Source of the DNA: Patescibacteria group bacterium
GTDB taxonomy: Bacteria > Patescibacteriota > Patescibacteriia > JACQRZ01
NCBI GenBank assembly: GCA_038065255.1
Contig: JBBTRI010000006.1
Coordinates: 9,240 to 73,239, forward strand
Length of the DNA: 64,000 nt
Reading direction: 5' to 3'
The position numbers and the translations under genes were made by a program. The notes below the pieces were generated by a model. That model was not told where the DNA came from. It made no database searches and saw nothing but the letters and a program-made list of their open reading frames with translations. Positions 1 through 10,001 of the stretch are shown here, in pieces. Numbering within the stretch: position 1 is the stretch's first letter; each line of letters begins with the position of its first letter.

Positions 1-459
1 GCAGTATGTAGTGCGCTTTTTGGCTATCTTGCTCTTGACGACATGATGATGATCCATGAGCGTGTGGGATTTGTTCTCAATAACCTGACGCGATTGCACG
101 GAACCTATGAATCATTTAATTGGCTGTTGTATTTTTCACCATTCATTGTATTGGGAGCAATTGCATTTGTTCTTGTAGTCCGCTCCCTTTCTGGTATCAG
201 TGTTCGTGCGCACATACTCGCATGGATCGGTTTAGCTGGGTTTGTCGTGACACTTCTCACTGAAGCAGGCGGGAAAATGCTTCTTAGTGCCGGCCTTATA
301 TCTATCTACCACCAATCTATCATTTTAGAAGAAGCTTCCCTGCTATTTGGCGAAACTTTTTTTCTTATAGCGCTTGCGGTAGGAGCTTCTGAACTTTTTA
401 AGAAGGCGTTTATGTTGCGGGATAATGTAGCTTGGAATGACGCAGTATTTGATGAGTAG
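1..459 (+). CDS. Integral membrane hypothetical protein, 5'-partial
   Basis: Frame +1 is open from base 1 (AVCSALFGYLALDDMMMIHE...) with several hydrophobic segments, so the start lies outside the window. Confidence 0.65.
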   Translation, partial: AVCSALFGYLALDDMMMIHERVGFVLNNLTRLHGTYESFNWLLYFSPFIVLGAIAFVLVVRSLSGISVRAHILAWIGLAGFVVTLLTEAGGKMLLSAGLISIYHQSIILEEASLLFGETFFLIALAVGASELFKKAFMLRDNVAWNDAVFDE

Positions 460-540
460 CAAAAAAGTAAAAGATAAGTCTTGAGCGCAACTTCACTCAT
501 GGATAAAAAATGCTATACTATCCATATATAACATTGCATC

Positions 541-1032
541 ATGCCTACTTCTGCACTCACAATACGAAATATCGTTTTTGGCGCTGAAGATAGCCTTGTT
601 TCAACACTTGGTTTTCTTGCTGGCATTTCTGTCGGTGGGTTTGAGGCACGCTTCATCCTACTTTCGGGATTGGTCTTGGTTTTTGTCGAAGCTTTTTCCA
701 TGGGTGTTGGCAGTTTTCTTTCGGAGGAATCTTCTGAAGAGTATGAACAGAAAAAGTCTGTACCGCTGGCACCATCGCTTCATGCCGGACTTACCATGTT
801 TGCCTCCTACCTCATTTCCGGTTTCATTCCGCTTGGCCCTTATTTTCTGTTTTCACCCACAACAGCACTTTGGGTGTCAATGGCTTGCTCGCTTATTGCA
901 TTATTTATCCTTGGATATTTCAGTGGGAGCGAGTCCGGAGTACATCCTTTTCGAACCGGCATTCGCATGCTTGTAATTGGCGGCGGTGCAATGATGATAG
1001 GAATAGTCATTGGTCAATTTCTTAAATTATAA
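541..1032 (+). CDS. VIT1/CCC1 family Fe/Mn transporter
   Basis: Motifs IVFGAEDSLVST, EAFSMGVGSFLS and SYLISGFIPL; about 5 TM helices. Confidence 0.85.
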   Translation: MPTSALTIRNIVFGAEDSLVSTLGFLAGISVGGFEARFILLSGLVLVFVEAFSMGVGSFLSEESSEEYEQKKSVPLAPSLHAGLTMFASYLISGFIPLGPYFLFSPTTALWVSMACSLIALFILGYFSGSESGVHPFRTGIRMLVIGGGAMMIGIVIGQFLKL

Positions 1033-1137
1033 TAAATCCCGTCAGAGTTGAATCTGAGAGGTGTTGAGCATCTTACAAGTCGCATTGCTCGTTCAAAGCC
1101 ACTTGCAGTTATCAAAGGCAGATGATAGAGTCATGCT

Positions 1138-1386
1138 ATGACAGGAGGAGGGAGTATTGTTCCTTTATGGATGCCATGTTTGAGTTTCATTAATACCATA
1201 AGTTTTGGGATTGGGCTTGCGCTGTATCTGGTTGGATTTTGGGGAGGAGTTGTTTCATTCTTTCTTTCGCCATCAGCATTCCCTGGATTTTGTGTATCGT
1301 TTTGCTGTGGAATTGCGTGTGGAGTTTTTACATGCTATCTCACAAACTATGAATGTTCATTCCATAGACATATCCCATCAGCCTAA
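1138..1386 (+). CDS. Possible small membrane protein
   Basis: 82-aa hydrophobic ORF filling an intergenic gap; no recognisable motif. Confidence 0.25.
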   Translation: MTGGGSIVPLWMPCLSFINTISFGIGLALYLVGFWGGVVSFFLSPSAFPGFCVSFCCGIACGVFTCYLTNYECSFHRHIPSA

Positions 1387-1417
1387 TATTCATTTATGCC
1401 CCTAGAGGGCTTTTTTT

Positions 1418-2038
1418 ATGAATTTACAAAATTTGTTTAAATGCGTAAAACTTACGCATGGGCTTCAGCAAGTGAAGCGCAGCATTTTTACAGCAGGAGA
1501 GGATAGGAGAGAGAATGATTCTGAACACCAATACCAGCTTGCCATGACCGCATGGTATGTGATTGTAACGGAAAATCTTCCCCTGAATGTTGATAAAGTC
1601 CTTAAATACTCTCTGGTGCATGACATGGTGGAAGTCTATGCGGGTGATGCGCATTTTTATGGCGATAGAAACGGCAAGGAAGAACGCGAGCGCGATGCGG
1701 CCAATCGCCTGCGCGCCGAATTTTCTGAAATTCCTGAATGGCACCAGCTTATTGACGATTACGAGCATAAGGTTGATAAGGAATGCCTTTTTATTTATGC
1801 TCTCGACAAGCTTTTACCGGCAATCAATATTTATTTTGATCGTGGACGTACGTGGCGTGAACAGCGCATCAGCCTTGACATGGTCGTAAATAAGAAACGC
1901 GAGAAAATCGCATGTTCCGAGGAGGTCATGGATTATTTCAATCAGCTTGTGGTACTATTGAAAGCTGAAGCACCTGATTTATTCAGCAAGACAACCGACG
2001 GTGCGCCGTGCACCAATCCTTGTTGTAGGGATAAATAA
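1418..2038 (+). CDS. HD-domain phosphohydrolase (YfbR/HDDC2-like 5'-deoxynucleotidase)
   Basis: RENDSEH...LVHDMVEVYAGD...LDKL motifs. Confidence 0.85.
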   Translation: MNLQNLFKCVKLTHGLQQVKRSIFTAGEDRRENDSEHQYQLAMTAWYVIVTENLPLNVDKVLKYSLVHDMVEVYAGDAHFYGDRNGKEERERDAANRLRAEFSEIPEWHQLIDDYEHKVDKECLFIYALDKLLPAINIYFDRGRTWREQRISLDMVVNKKREKIACSEEVMDYFNQLVVLLKAEAPDLFSKTTDGAPCTNPCCRDK

Positions 2039-2040
2039 AT

Positions 2041-3021
2041 ATGAATAGAATAATACCCCCCGCCACGATTATTTTGGTAATGCTATTTTCAATCAACACC
2101 CTTGTCGGTATGCCTGTTTTCGCTGAAATTTGCGATCCAAATGCGCCTTCGTATTCACAGCCAGGATGTGTTGAAGGGGGACAGCAAAGCCCTTTGTATA
2201 CGCCTCCAGTGTCTACAATTCCATACACCCCTTCCACATCCACGACCCCCTATCAAGTTCCATTAAAGAGTCCATTATTTGAAAAACTCGATGGAGAAGA
2301 TGGTCGTAATGGGGATGTTACAGAAAGTGAAATTGATTCGGAAGAACTCCTCGACACTATACAAAGTACGCTTGATGATATTACGGCAATTCATACGCTT
2401 CTTGATAAACAAACACAATCGTTGATATATTTTTCCATTGATAGCAAGAAGGTAAAATCGAAACTCGCGGCAGTCCGTTCTCAGTTTAACACTATTAAGA
2501 AATCTCTTGATGATGAGGATGATGAAAAGGTTGAAAAAAGTCTTGAAGAAGTCGATATGTTCGTCAGCGCTACCTTTATCGAAGCACTCGGATCCGTTCA
2601 GCAAGCATATGACGTGGTGCGCCGATTACCAAATGCAAAGGTTCGCACTCTTCTGCGAAATGCATTCAAACCGATTGCAGCATCAATCATGCATGCTGAC
2701 TCAAGTACAGCACATGAGGCACTCTCACTCTATCTTCATGATACTAAAAAGAATAAAAAACTCTATGAAAGTAAAAAACTTTCTTCACGGAGTACAAAAA
2801 AACTTAACGAGAGTATAAAGGCATTGAATAAAAAGCTTTCGCCAGGTGAAAAAAATACTTCAGATCAAAAGACACAAGAACCAGAAGTAAAAAAATCTTC
2901 GGGCGTAGATACGAAGAGAATTAGCGACGATACAAAAAAACTCAATGATGCATTCCAGCGAAGCAACCAAAATGATGCACAAAATAGAGTTTGGAACCTC
3001 TATCAGAATATTGGCTACTAA
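2041..3021 (+). CDS. Secreted hypothetical protein
   Basis: Signal-peptide-like N-terminus, Pro/Thr-rich linker, helical charged body. Confidence 0.7.
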   Translation: MNRIIPPATIILVMLFSINTLVGMPVFAEICDPNAPSYSQPGCVEGGQQSPLYTPPVSTIPYTPSTSTTPYQVPLKSPLFEKLDGEDGRNGDVTESEIDSEELLDTIQSTLDDITAIHTLLDKQTQSLIYFSIDSKKVKSKLAAVRSQFNTIKKSLDDEDDEKVEKSLEEVDMFVSATFIEALGSVQQAYDVVRRLPNAKVRTLLRNAFKPIAASIMHADSSTAHEALSLYLHDTKKNKKLYESKKLSSRSTKKLNESIKALNKKLSPGEKNTSDQKTQEPEVKKSSGVDTKRISDDTKKLNDAFQRSNQNDAQNRVWNLYQNIGY

Positions 3022-3089
3022 GCATATGTGTGTAGTGTCAGCGCTCGCTCAGTTTTAAGCGAATTTTTTAATATAATGTAAAAAAGAAT

Positions 3090-3674
3090 ATGGAAAAAAA
3101 TCATACTGTACTCCTCATAAGTGGAAGCATAAGAAAAGAATCGTATACGAGAAGCTTGACTGAATACATTGCAAGAACGTTTGAAAATAAGGGCATTTCT
3201 GCATATCACTGGAATTTACTGGAAAAACCACTGCCGATCATGATTCCGGAATTGCGGGACGATAGCGCCAACCATCCTGATGAGAATGTGCGGACATTCG
3301 CAGATCTTGCTTTAAGCTGTGATGCGACAGTACTCTCAAGTCCTATTTACCACAATTCATTTTCAGGTGTTTTGAAAAATGCGCTCGATCATTTAAGAAA
3401 CCCGCATTTTGCCTATAAACCAATGGGTCTCGTCAGCCATGGCGGCGATGGAAGTAAACAGGCTGTTGACCAGTTGAGAATTGTGGGGAGGGGAGTCAAT
3501 GCCATTGTGACGCCGACTATTATTTGTACAAGCGAAGATGATTTTGAAGGATTTGAACTTACATCAGATAGCATCAAAAAGCGAGTTGACCGTTTTTGTG
3601 ATGAACTCATGTTGTTTACTGAAACATTCAGATCAATACGCGCTGAACAACAAAAGATGATAAAAGATAAATAG
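3090..3674 (+). CDS. NADPH-dependent FMN reductase (flavodoxin-like)
   Basis: ISGSIRKES and SPIYHNSFSGVLKNALD motifs. Confidence 0.9.
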   Translation: MEKNHTVLLISGSIRKESYTRSLTEYIARTFENKGISAYHWNLLEKPLPIMIPELRDDSANHPDENVRTFADLALSCDATVLSSPIYHNSFSGVLKNALDHLRNPHFAYKPMGLVSHGGDGSKQAVDQLRIVGRGVNAIVTPTIICTSEDDFEGFELTSDSIKKRVDRFCDELMLFTETFRSIRAEQQKMIKDK

Positions 3675-3702
3675 TAAAATAATAGCTGGTCAATAAAGCA
3701 CT

Positions 3703-4350
3703 ATGAATTCTGAAGTAGATGTGTTTGCAAAAATCATCTGGGACTATATGCTCATGCACCATACATTGAAGCCCATGGATGCGCTATTTGTTTTAGGTTC
3801 AAATGATCTGCGAGTTGCCGAGCGAGCAGGGGACTTGTATGGGGAAGGACTTAGCAACTATGTTCTTTGTGCCGGGGGGAATGGCAAGGATTCATGGTTT
3901 GCAAAACCTGAAGCAGAAGTATTTGCAGAAGCCCTTCTCAAAAGAGGTGTTCCAAGAGAAGCTCTCATTCTTGAATGTGCCTCAACGAATACCGGAGAAA
4001 ATATATTGTTTATGAAAAAGGTATTGCATGATCTCAAGTTGCATTTCACTTCTTTCATTCTCGTTCAAAAGCCCTACATGGAGCGAAGGACATTTGCTAC
4101 ATTCAGAAAACAGTGGCCTGAAGCAGAATGTCTTGTAACATCCCCACAAATTTCTTTTGAAGAATATGGCAGGGACGAGGACTTCAAGAAACGGTATATC
4201 AATGTGATGGTGGGCGACCTCCTCCGGATTCAGGAGTACCCTGCATTGGGGTATCAGATTGAACAAGAAATTCCAAGCGAAGTATGGAACGCAGGGCAGA
4301 GATTGCTTATGCTTGGATTTGATAAGTATGCCTTGGCTGTACAAGAATGA
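3703..4350 (+). CDS. YdcF/DUF218 family protein
   Basis: VLGS, AGGNG, EA, E..STNTGEN and VQKPYMERR motifs. Confidence 0.85.
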   Translation: MNSEVDVFAKIIWDYMLMHHTLKPMDALFVLGSNDLRVAERAGDLYGEGLSNYVLCAGGNGKDSWFAKPEAEVFAEALLKRGVPREALILECASTNTGENILFMKKVLHDLKLHFTSFILVQKPYMERRTFATFRKQWPEAECLVTSPQISFEEYGRDEDFKKRYINVMVGDLLRIQEYPALGYQIEQEIPSEVWNAGQRLLMLGFDKYALAVQE

Positions 4351-4396
4351 CGTTTTGTGGTAGCATTGGTTTACTAACTCATAAGCGGCTAATGAT

Positions 4397-4546
4397 ATGA
4401 CAGACGAACAGAATGCAGAGGTTTCGGCACCGCAAGCTAACGAACCGAAAAGCGACGATCAGCAAGGCGCACCGGCAGCTTCGGGAACTTCAGAACAAGC
4501 AGAGAGTGGAGAAGGACAGTCAGATGCACCTGAAAAGACAGTTTAA
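4397..4546 (+). CDS. 49-aa acidic low-complexity small protein (not in ORF track)
   Basis: Read directly: MTDEQNAEVSAPQANEPKSDDQQGAPAASGTSEQAESGEGQSDAPEKTV*, followed by a terminator hairpin. Confidence 0.55.
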   Translation: MTDEQNAEVSAPQANEPKSDDQQGAPAASGTSEQAESGEGQSDAPEKTV

Positions 4547-4561
4547 GCGCACTGCTTAAAA

Positions 4562-4593
4562 AAAGCTCCTCCGTACCCGGGGGAGCTTTCTTT
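4562..4593 (+). terminator. Intrinsic terminator
   Basis: AAAGCTCCTCCG-TACC-CGGGGGAGCTTT followed by CTTT. Confidence 0.7.
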
Positions 4594-4624
4594 GTTGTCA
4601 TGGGTTATTGTAGTATCACATATT

Positions 4625-5158
4625 ATGATGAAGCATACTATTCTTTCGAAAGCATTTTTCAGTCGGCCAGTGCTTCAAGTAGCCCCCGAATTACTTGGAA
4701 AGCATCTGGTGCGATTAAACTCTGATGGAAGTAGAGCAGAACATAGTATTATCGAAGTAGAAGCGTATGATGGTGAAAAAGATTTGGCGTGCCATGCATC
4801 AAAGGGTAAAACAAAGCGGACAGAAGTGATGTATGGGCCTGCCGGATATTGGTATGTCTATCTTTGTTACGGAATGTATTATATGCTGAATGTTGTGACT
4901 GGGGCGGTAGGATATCCCGCAGCAGTTCTTATTCGGGGATTGTCTGATGCTAGGGGACCGGGGATACTAACAAAGAAGCTGGAAATTTCCAAAGAGCAGA
5001 ATGAAAAGAAACTATCAAAAGCATCAGGTCTTTGGATTGAAGATCGCGGAATGAGTATTCCGAAAAAAAATATCATACGGACTCCCAGGATAGGTGTTTC
5101 ATACGCGAAGGAGTGGGCAGAAAAACCCTATCGATTTCTAGTGGAGGGGTATTGTTGA
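4625..5158 (+). CDS. mpg: DNA-3-methyladenine glycosylase (MPG/AAG family)
   Basis: LLGK, IIEVEAYDG, D.ACHA, YVYLCYG, AVLIR, GPG.L and TPRIG motifs; start moved to ATG 4625. Confidence 0.92.
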   Translation: MMKHTILSKAFFSRPVLQVAPELLGKHLVRLNSDGSRAEHSIIEVEAYDGEKDLACHASKGKTKRTEVMYGPAGYWYVYLCYGMYYMLNVVTGAVGYPAAVLIRGLSDARGPGILTKKLEISKEQNEKKLSKASGLWIEDRGMSIPKKNIIRTPRIGVSYAKEWAEKPYRFLVEGYC

Positions 5159-5188
5159 TAGTGAAAGTAAAAATTATAACAAAAAAGT

Positions 5189-5623
5189 ATGAGTGAAAAC
5201 AAATTTCCTCGAGGAATAGAGTTGGTTGTTGGAACGCTCATTGAGCGAGATGACGGTAGGATCCTTATCACTAAGTCGCCGAAATGGTCGGGAAAGTGGA
5301 CGGTACCAGGAGGACACATTGATCCAGGTGAGTCAATTCTTAATGCAGCCAAGAGGGAAGGCGAAGAAGAGACGGGGCTGTCTCTTGAGTCGGTATCAAT
5401 TGTGTGTCATGGAGAGAATATCGACTCCCTTGAGTTTCACCGTTCAGCTCATTTTATTTTCTTCATCTGTCACTTGAGAGTTATTGGCGGTGAGATATGC
5501 CTTCAGGAGAGCGAGCTCACAGAAAGTGCATGGGTACTGCCGGAAGAAGCTCTTCACTATGATTTGACAGAGATCCACCCAAGACTCTTACAAGCATTTA
5601 TAGATATTCAATCCATAAAATAG
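5189..5623 (+). CDS. NUDIX hydrolase
   Basis: Nudix box PGGHIDPGESILNAAKREGEEETGL. Confidence 0.9.
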   Translation: MSENKFPRGIELVVGTLIERDDGRILITKSPKWSGKWTVPGGHIDPGESILNAAKREGEEETGLSLESVSIVCHGENIDSLEFHRSAHFIFFICHLRVIGGEICLQESELTESAWVLPEEALHYDLTEIHPRLLQAFIDIQSIK

Positions 5624-5639
5624 CTGCTAGTATCATGGT

Positions 5640-6473
5640 ATGACTGGAATTTTTCTTATTGTTCTCGCAACATTGTTTGAAGAAGTTTCAACTTCAAGTG
5701 CAAAGGAGTCAATGTCACGACATATGGAAAGCATTGCATCGCGTGCTTTCCTGGTTGGAATGTGGGGGTTTCTTTTTTTGGGCCTCAGTTTGCTTGGCGG
5801 CGTTGAGTGGAAATTTAATACAGCCTCACTTCCTTTTTTCTTCTCGCGCGTAGCTATCGAAATCATCCTTACAAACATTACATTGAAAGCCATTACTACT
5901 GCCGATCGAAGTACATTTGGATTTTTCCGCACACTGACGATCCCAATTGTTCTTGGTATTGATGTGATGCTCGGCACTGTGCTATCGTTTTCACAAATCT
6001 GGGGCATTCTGGCTATTGTTGCATCGTTGTTTATTTTGTCATATCGGCATGCACTCTCAAGTAAAGGTATGGGAATTGCTCTGCTTTCTGCCATTGGTTC
6101 TTCACTTACCCTATCCCTCTATAAATTTGATATTACTCACTTTAATTCCGTTCCTGCCGAACAGATGTTATCCGGATTGATTATCTTGCCCTACTTTCTT
6201 TGGCATGCATTTGCGCGAGATAAAGAAAACCCTTTTGTATTATTACGTTCTAAGAAAATATTCAGCGAGTCGGCAGCAAGCGGTGTTGGAGGCATTTTAG
6301 CAAGCTTTGCTTATCTTTTTGCGCCTGCATCAGTGATAGTAGCAGTTCAACGGTCATCAGCAGTATGTTGGAGTATTGTCGCTGGCGCACTACATTTTCA
6401 TGAGCAGCATATTGTCGAGAAAGTGTCTGTTGTCGGATTAACCGTTATAGGCATCATATTGCTTGTCCGGTAA
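5640..6473 (+). CDS. DMT/EamA-like membrane transporter
   Basis: 277 aa, about 10 TM helices in two repeats. Confidence 0.6.
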   Translation: MTGIFLIVLATLFEEVSTSSAKESMSRHMESIASRAFLVGMWGFLFLGLSLLGGVEWKFNTASLPFFFSRVAIEIILTNITLKAITTADRSTFGFFRTLTIPIVLGIDVMLGTVLSFSQIWGILAIVASLFILSYRHALSSKGMGIALLSAIGSSLTLSLYKFDITHFNSVPAEQMLSGLIILPYFLWHAFARDKENPFVLLRSKKIFSESAASGVGGILASFAYLFAPASVIVAVQRSSAVCWSIVAGALHFHEQHIVEKVSVVGLTVIGIILLVR

Positions 6474-6653
6474 GCACTGCTTATAAGAGCGTAAATGGTG
6501 TATGCTATATAGAGTAAGACTCAATAGTGTGATCGATGAGCCCTCTCTGCTTGAGGGATGATGCTCACGTATGAAGCACCTCAAAAGGTTGATCGATACA
6601 TAGAATATGAACAGAGAGTGAAAAATAATTCTATTCATAAACCAGCTACTACT

Positions 6654-7280
6654 ATGCATAAACATGCTCTAAAAATAGGAGTGTTTGCTGTTGCCTTGTA
6701 TCTTTTGTGTCTTTTGTGGAAGTTTACCATGACAGATCCTGCAGTCATGAATCTCCATCTTCTTTCTCTCAAATCGCTTTTTCCTGGTTTTTCCGGTTAT
6801 GATGCATTTAGTTTGTTGTGGGGAGCGATACTCGCATTTGTCTATGCATATCTTGCGTCGACAGCATTTCATGCCTTGCATAGCGACTGCTGTATTCAAA
6901 GAAATAATCAAAAGGATGAAAAGAATAAATGCCTCTGGGACGATAAACACATTATTCTCGTTGTTGCGATGCTTGCGATAGGGGTGCTTATCGGATTCAT
7001 TCTTTCACAATCAGAGACCCCCTATATGAAGCGGTCATTCAGAGATTCAACCTTTATGATGAGGGATGGAGGATCGTCAATGATGCAGATGGGAAGAATG
7101 ATGATGGGGCAGGGAAGAATGATGAATGAACGGGGTGAAAAATACAGCGATCAGGAAATGATGCAAAAAGGAAAAGAAATGATGGATAGCGGACAGATAT
7201 TCGAGCGTCAGGGATCATCTATGATGGAGCGCGGCGATGCTGCAAAAGGAATGATGGGAGGAGGCAGCGAGAAAGAATAA
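6654..7280 (+). CDS. Membrane protein with DUF5676-like N-terminus and Met-rich C-terminal domain
   Basis: Likely start MHKHALK at 6654; LFPGF motif between TM helices; C-terminus extremely rich in Met and Gly. Confidence 0.65.
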   Translation: MHKHALKIGVFAVALYLLCLLWKFTMTDPAVMNLHLLSLKSLFPGFSGYDAFSLLWGAILAFVYAYLASTAFHALHSDCCIQRNNQKDEKNKCLWDDKHIILVVAMLAIGVLIGFILSQSETPYMKRSFRDSTFMMRDGGSSMMQMGRMMMGQGRMMNERGEKYSDQEMMQKGKEMMDSGQIFERQGSSMMERGDAAKGMMGGGSEKE

Positions 7281-7288
7281 AGATACTC

Positions 7289-7325
7289 AACAAAAAGACT
7301 TCTCATAGGGAGAGGTCTTTTTGTT
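7289..7325. terminator. Intrinsic terminator, symmetric A/T flanks
   Basis: AACAAAAAGACTTCTC-ATAGG-GAGAGGTCTTTTTGTT. Confidence 0.75.
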
Positions 7326-7408
7326 TTAGTGCAAGTATGTTTTAATGGCAAGATTAATATGATCAAATCACTGATTTGGTGTGATGATATTTTTGAGAAT
7401 ACAGCATT

Positions 7409-7993
7409 ATGGACACTAAATTAGTATTCGCGCTTGCTGCTACAGCCATTAATACCATTACGTTTCTGCCCTATATACGGGACATGGTATATGGCACTAC
7501 TCGCCCCCATACCTATACCTTTCTCATATGGATGATTACTCAGGGAACTGCGGTCGTAGGGTTGTGGTATGGTGGCGGTGGACTTGGGGCACTTAATCTT
7601 ACCGTTGGACTTTTGTTTATTTTTGGAGTGTTTCTTTTCTCGTTGTTTCATGGAACCAAGAATATCACGCGAAGTGATACTATAGTTCTCGTTGGAGCTT
7701 TAGCGGCAATTGGCGTGTGGTGGCAACTGCATAATCCAGTCCTCTCTGTTATTATGGTTACGGTTATTGATGTTTTGGGATATATCCCAACATACCGAAA
7801 AACGTTTGAAAGTCCCCGGAGTGAAACTGCCATATCGTGGGCAGGCGCTGCAATAGGTAATGTTCTGGCGCTTGGCGCCCTGAGCAGCTATAATTTTATG
7901 ACGATGAGCTATCTCATTGTACTTTCTTTGGCAAATATTATTGTAGCCCTCATCTGTATTATAAGACGCCCATTGTATAGTAAGCCGCAGTAA
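7409..7993 (+). CDS. Multi-pass membrane protein (PQ-loop-like architecture)
   Basis: About 7 TM; PY...G.T.P....W and PT..K....P..E motifs; similar to 56886..57539. Confidence 0.7.
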   Translation: MDTKLVFALAATAINTITFLPYIRDMVYGTTRPHTYTFLIWMITQGTAVVGLWYGGGGLGALNLTVGLLFIFGVFLFSLFHGTKNITRSDTIVLVGALAAIGVWWQLHNPVLSVIMVTVIDVLGYIPTYRKTFESPRSETAISWAGAAIGNVLALGALSSYNFMTMSYLIVLSLANIIVALICIIRRPLYSKPQ

Positions 7994-8053
7994 ATACTAC
8001 TGTTGCAATAATTCAACAGATGATTATACTCACTACCAGATTGAAATAAGACT

Positions 8054-8497
8054 ATGATGCTTGGAAAAGAGGCACTTATACAGCATATCAAAAAGGGGTC
8101 GATTCGCATTGAACCGTTTTTAGAAAGCAGTCTTCGACCAGCGAGTATTGTTTTTACTCTTTCTCCAAAACTTCTTTTTCTTCAATCAGATGGTTCTTTT
8201 CGAGAAGAGAATATTGGCGAGCAAGGGAGAATAGTACATCCTGGAGAATTTGTGCTTGGATATACAGTAGAACACCTTATTTTAGGCATGAATGTCTGTG
8301 CAATATTTAACACACGTAGGGAATATGCTCGCCTGGGACTTGATGCGCTGCAGACAGATACTTTTGCCGAACCAGGTACTGACAATGTAATTGAGCTGCC
8401 AATCAGAAATGGTGGTCCAAATCCTATCAATCTCTTTATCGGCATGCCAATAGTTAAAGCCATGTTCCAAATCGTTCAGAATGCAGTAGAATTATAA
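8054..8497 (+). CDS. dCTP deaminase/dUTPase-superfamily protein
   Basis: I.IEPF, PGEFVLG.T.E, ARLGL, EPG and I.L..N motifs; short and divergent. Confidence 0.7.
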   Translation: MMLGKEALIQHIKKGSIRIEPFLESSLRPASIVFTLSPKLLFLQSDGSFREENIGEQGRIVHPGEFVLGYTVEHLILGMNVCAIFNTRREYARLGLDALQTDTFAEPGTDNVIELPIRNGGPNPINLFIGMPIVKAMFQIVQNAVEL

Positions 8498-8502
8498 TTA
8501 TT

Positions 8503-8529
8503 GAGAGCGCGAAAAAAGCTCTCTTTTTT
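8503..8529 (+). terminator. Intrinsic terminator
   Basis: GAGAGC-N9-GCTCTC followed by TTTTTT. Confidence 0.5.
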
Positions 8530-8556
8530 CTTTGCAGCCATGGTATACTACAAACT

Positions 8557-9030
8557 ATGAACGAAAAACAGGCTACAAATCAAATTGTGATCTATGAGCG
8601 TAAGGACGGCGCTCATTTTGAGGTGCGCTTAGTTGGAGAAACCGCATGGATGAATCAGGTACAGATTGGTAATCTCTTTGTAGTGAAAAAAGCCGCCATT
8701 TCTAAGCATATTAAAAATATTTATCAAGAAGGTGAGCTTGAGAGAAAACCAACTGTTTCCAAAATGGAAACAGTTCAGCGAGAGGGTGGGCGTATTGTTA
8801 AGAGAGATGTCGAATACTACAATCTAGATATGATTATTGCAATCGGGTATCGAGTAAATTCCCGCCATGCGACGAGATTTAGGATTTGGGCAACAAAAGT
8901 ATTAAAGGATTATATTGTTAAGGGATATTCGATCAACGAACGCCGCCTCAAAGAGGAGTACCAGCTAAAAATCAAAGATCTTGAGCGAACTATCGCAACA
9001 CTTCAGGCCGTACGCGATTCTCATAAATAA
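8557..9030 (+). CDS. RhuM-family DNA-binding protein (N-terminal domain only)
   Basis: ET.W....Q...LF, ISKHIKNIY.EGEL, YYNLDMIIAIGYRVNS..AT.FRIWAT. Confidence 0.85.
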   Translation: MNEKQATNQIVIYERKDGAHFEVRLVGETAWMNQVQIGNLFVVKKAAISKHIKNIYQEGELERKPTVSKMETVQREGGRIVKRDVEYYNLDMIIAIGYRVNSRHATRFRIWATKVLKDYIVKGYSINERRLKEEYQLKIKDLERTIATLQAVRDSHK

Positions 9031-9053
9031 TAATTATTTATTAAAAATATTCT

Positions 9054-9239
9054 ATGGACCAAGTTCAGCAACCTGCCAAACAGCAAAACTATGGAATGAT
9101 TGGCCTTGTTATAGGTATCGTTCTTGCCATTGCATTTATTGTTATCGGATCGGTATTTTTTGGGCTCAAGCCGGGACCCTCGACTCCGACTAATTCATCG
9201 GATACGATTGATCCTTCCCTGTACGCCCCAACCCAATAG
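9054..9239 (+). CDS. Small single-pass membrane protein
   Basis: 61 aa with one TM helix, tightly packed between neighbours. Confidence 0.6.
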   Translation: MDQVQQPAKQQNYGMIGLVIGIVLAIAFIVIGSVFFGLKPGPSTPTNSSDTIDPSLYAPTQ

Positions 9240-9242
9240 AAC

Positions 9243-10001
9243 ATGGAGTGTTTAATAAAAATAAGACTCAATAAAAAAATCCATCTCACGGGCCGCTTGC
9301 GAGGGCCTCTCAAAAAACCCTTGGTCATTTTTGTCCATGGCCTCACGGGAAACATGGATGAACATATTTTTTATAACGGCGCCCGGTATTTTGAAGGGCA
9401 TGGCATTTCTTCATTTCGTTTTAATTTGTATGATTGGACACAAGGAACGCGCAAACTTGATATTTCCACGTTAGCGCTGCATGCATCCGATCTGGATTTT
9501 GTGGTGAAATATTTTCGAAAGAGGGGAGCAAAGAAGATTTTTGTTGTGGGTCATAGCTACGGCGGGCCTACGATCATGAAATCAAAAGATAAAGACTTTC
9601 AAGGAGTTATTTTTTGGGATCCAAGTTTCTTCACACTAAAGTATTTTCTGGAGAGTAAGTGGCTGCCAAGCATAAAGATGTATCTTTGCAGATGGGCATA
9701 TCCAGTTCTGCTTTCCAAAAAATATGTTGAAGAAGCTCGCAGAACAAATACTCTCGCGCTCATTCAGAAGTTAGCAATGCCCATTAAAATTATTACTGCA
9801 GGCAAGGGTGTTTTGGTAAAAACATCTAAAAAATATTTTAAAGCGCTTAACGTTCCAAAAGAATTAGTTATTCTCGATGGCGCAACCCATTGCTTTGATG
9901 AGGATGGATATGAGGAAAAACTTTTTAGCGAAACACTTTCTTGGGTAAGAAGGTGTTGTTCTATGGCGAAGATAAATCTTAATGATTCGTATGACCATTG
10001 A
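9243..10001 (+). CDS. Alpha/beta hydrolase
   Basis: FVHGL oxyanion motif, GHSYGG nucleophile elbow, C-terminal GATH. Confidence 0.85.
   Translation: MECLIKIRLNKKIHLTGRLRGPLKKPLVIFVHGLTGNMDEHIFYNGARYFEGHGISSFRFNLYDWTQGTRKLDISTLALHASDLDFVVKYFRKRGAKKIFVVGHSYGGPTIMKSKDKDFQGVIFWDPSFFTLKYFLESKWLPSIKMYLCRWAYPVLLSKKYVEEARRTNTLALIQKLAMPIKIITAGKGVLVKTSKKYFKALNVPKELVILDGATHCFDEDGYEEKLFSETLSWVRRCCSMAKINLNDSYDH

Noticed and set aside
6525-6570. Fluoride riboswitch-like GATG...GATGA pattern
   Set aside because: Lacks the P1 pairing and other consensus elements, and no fluoride exporter follows.
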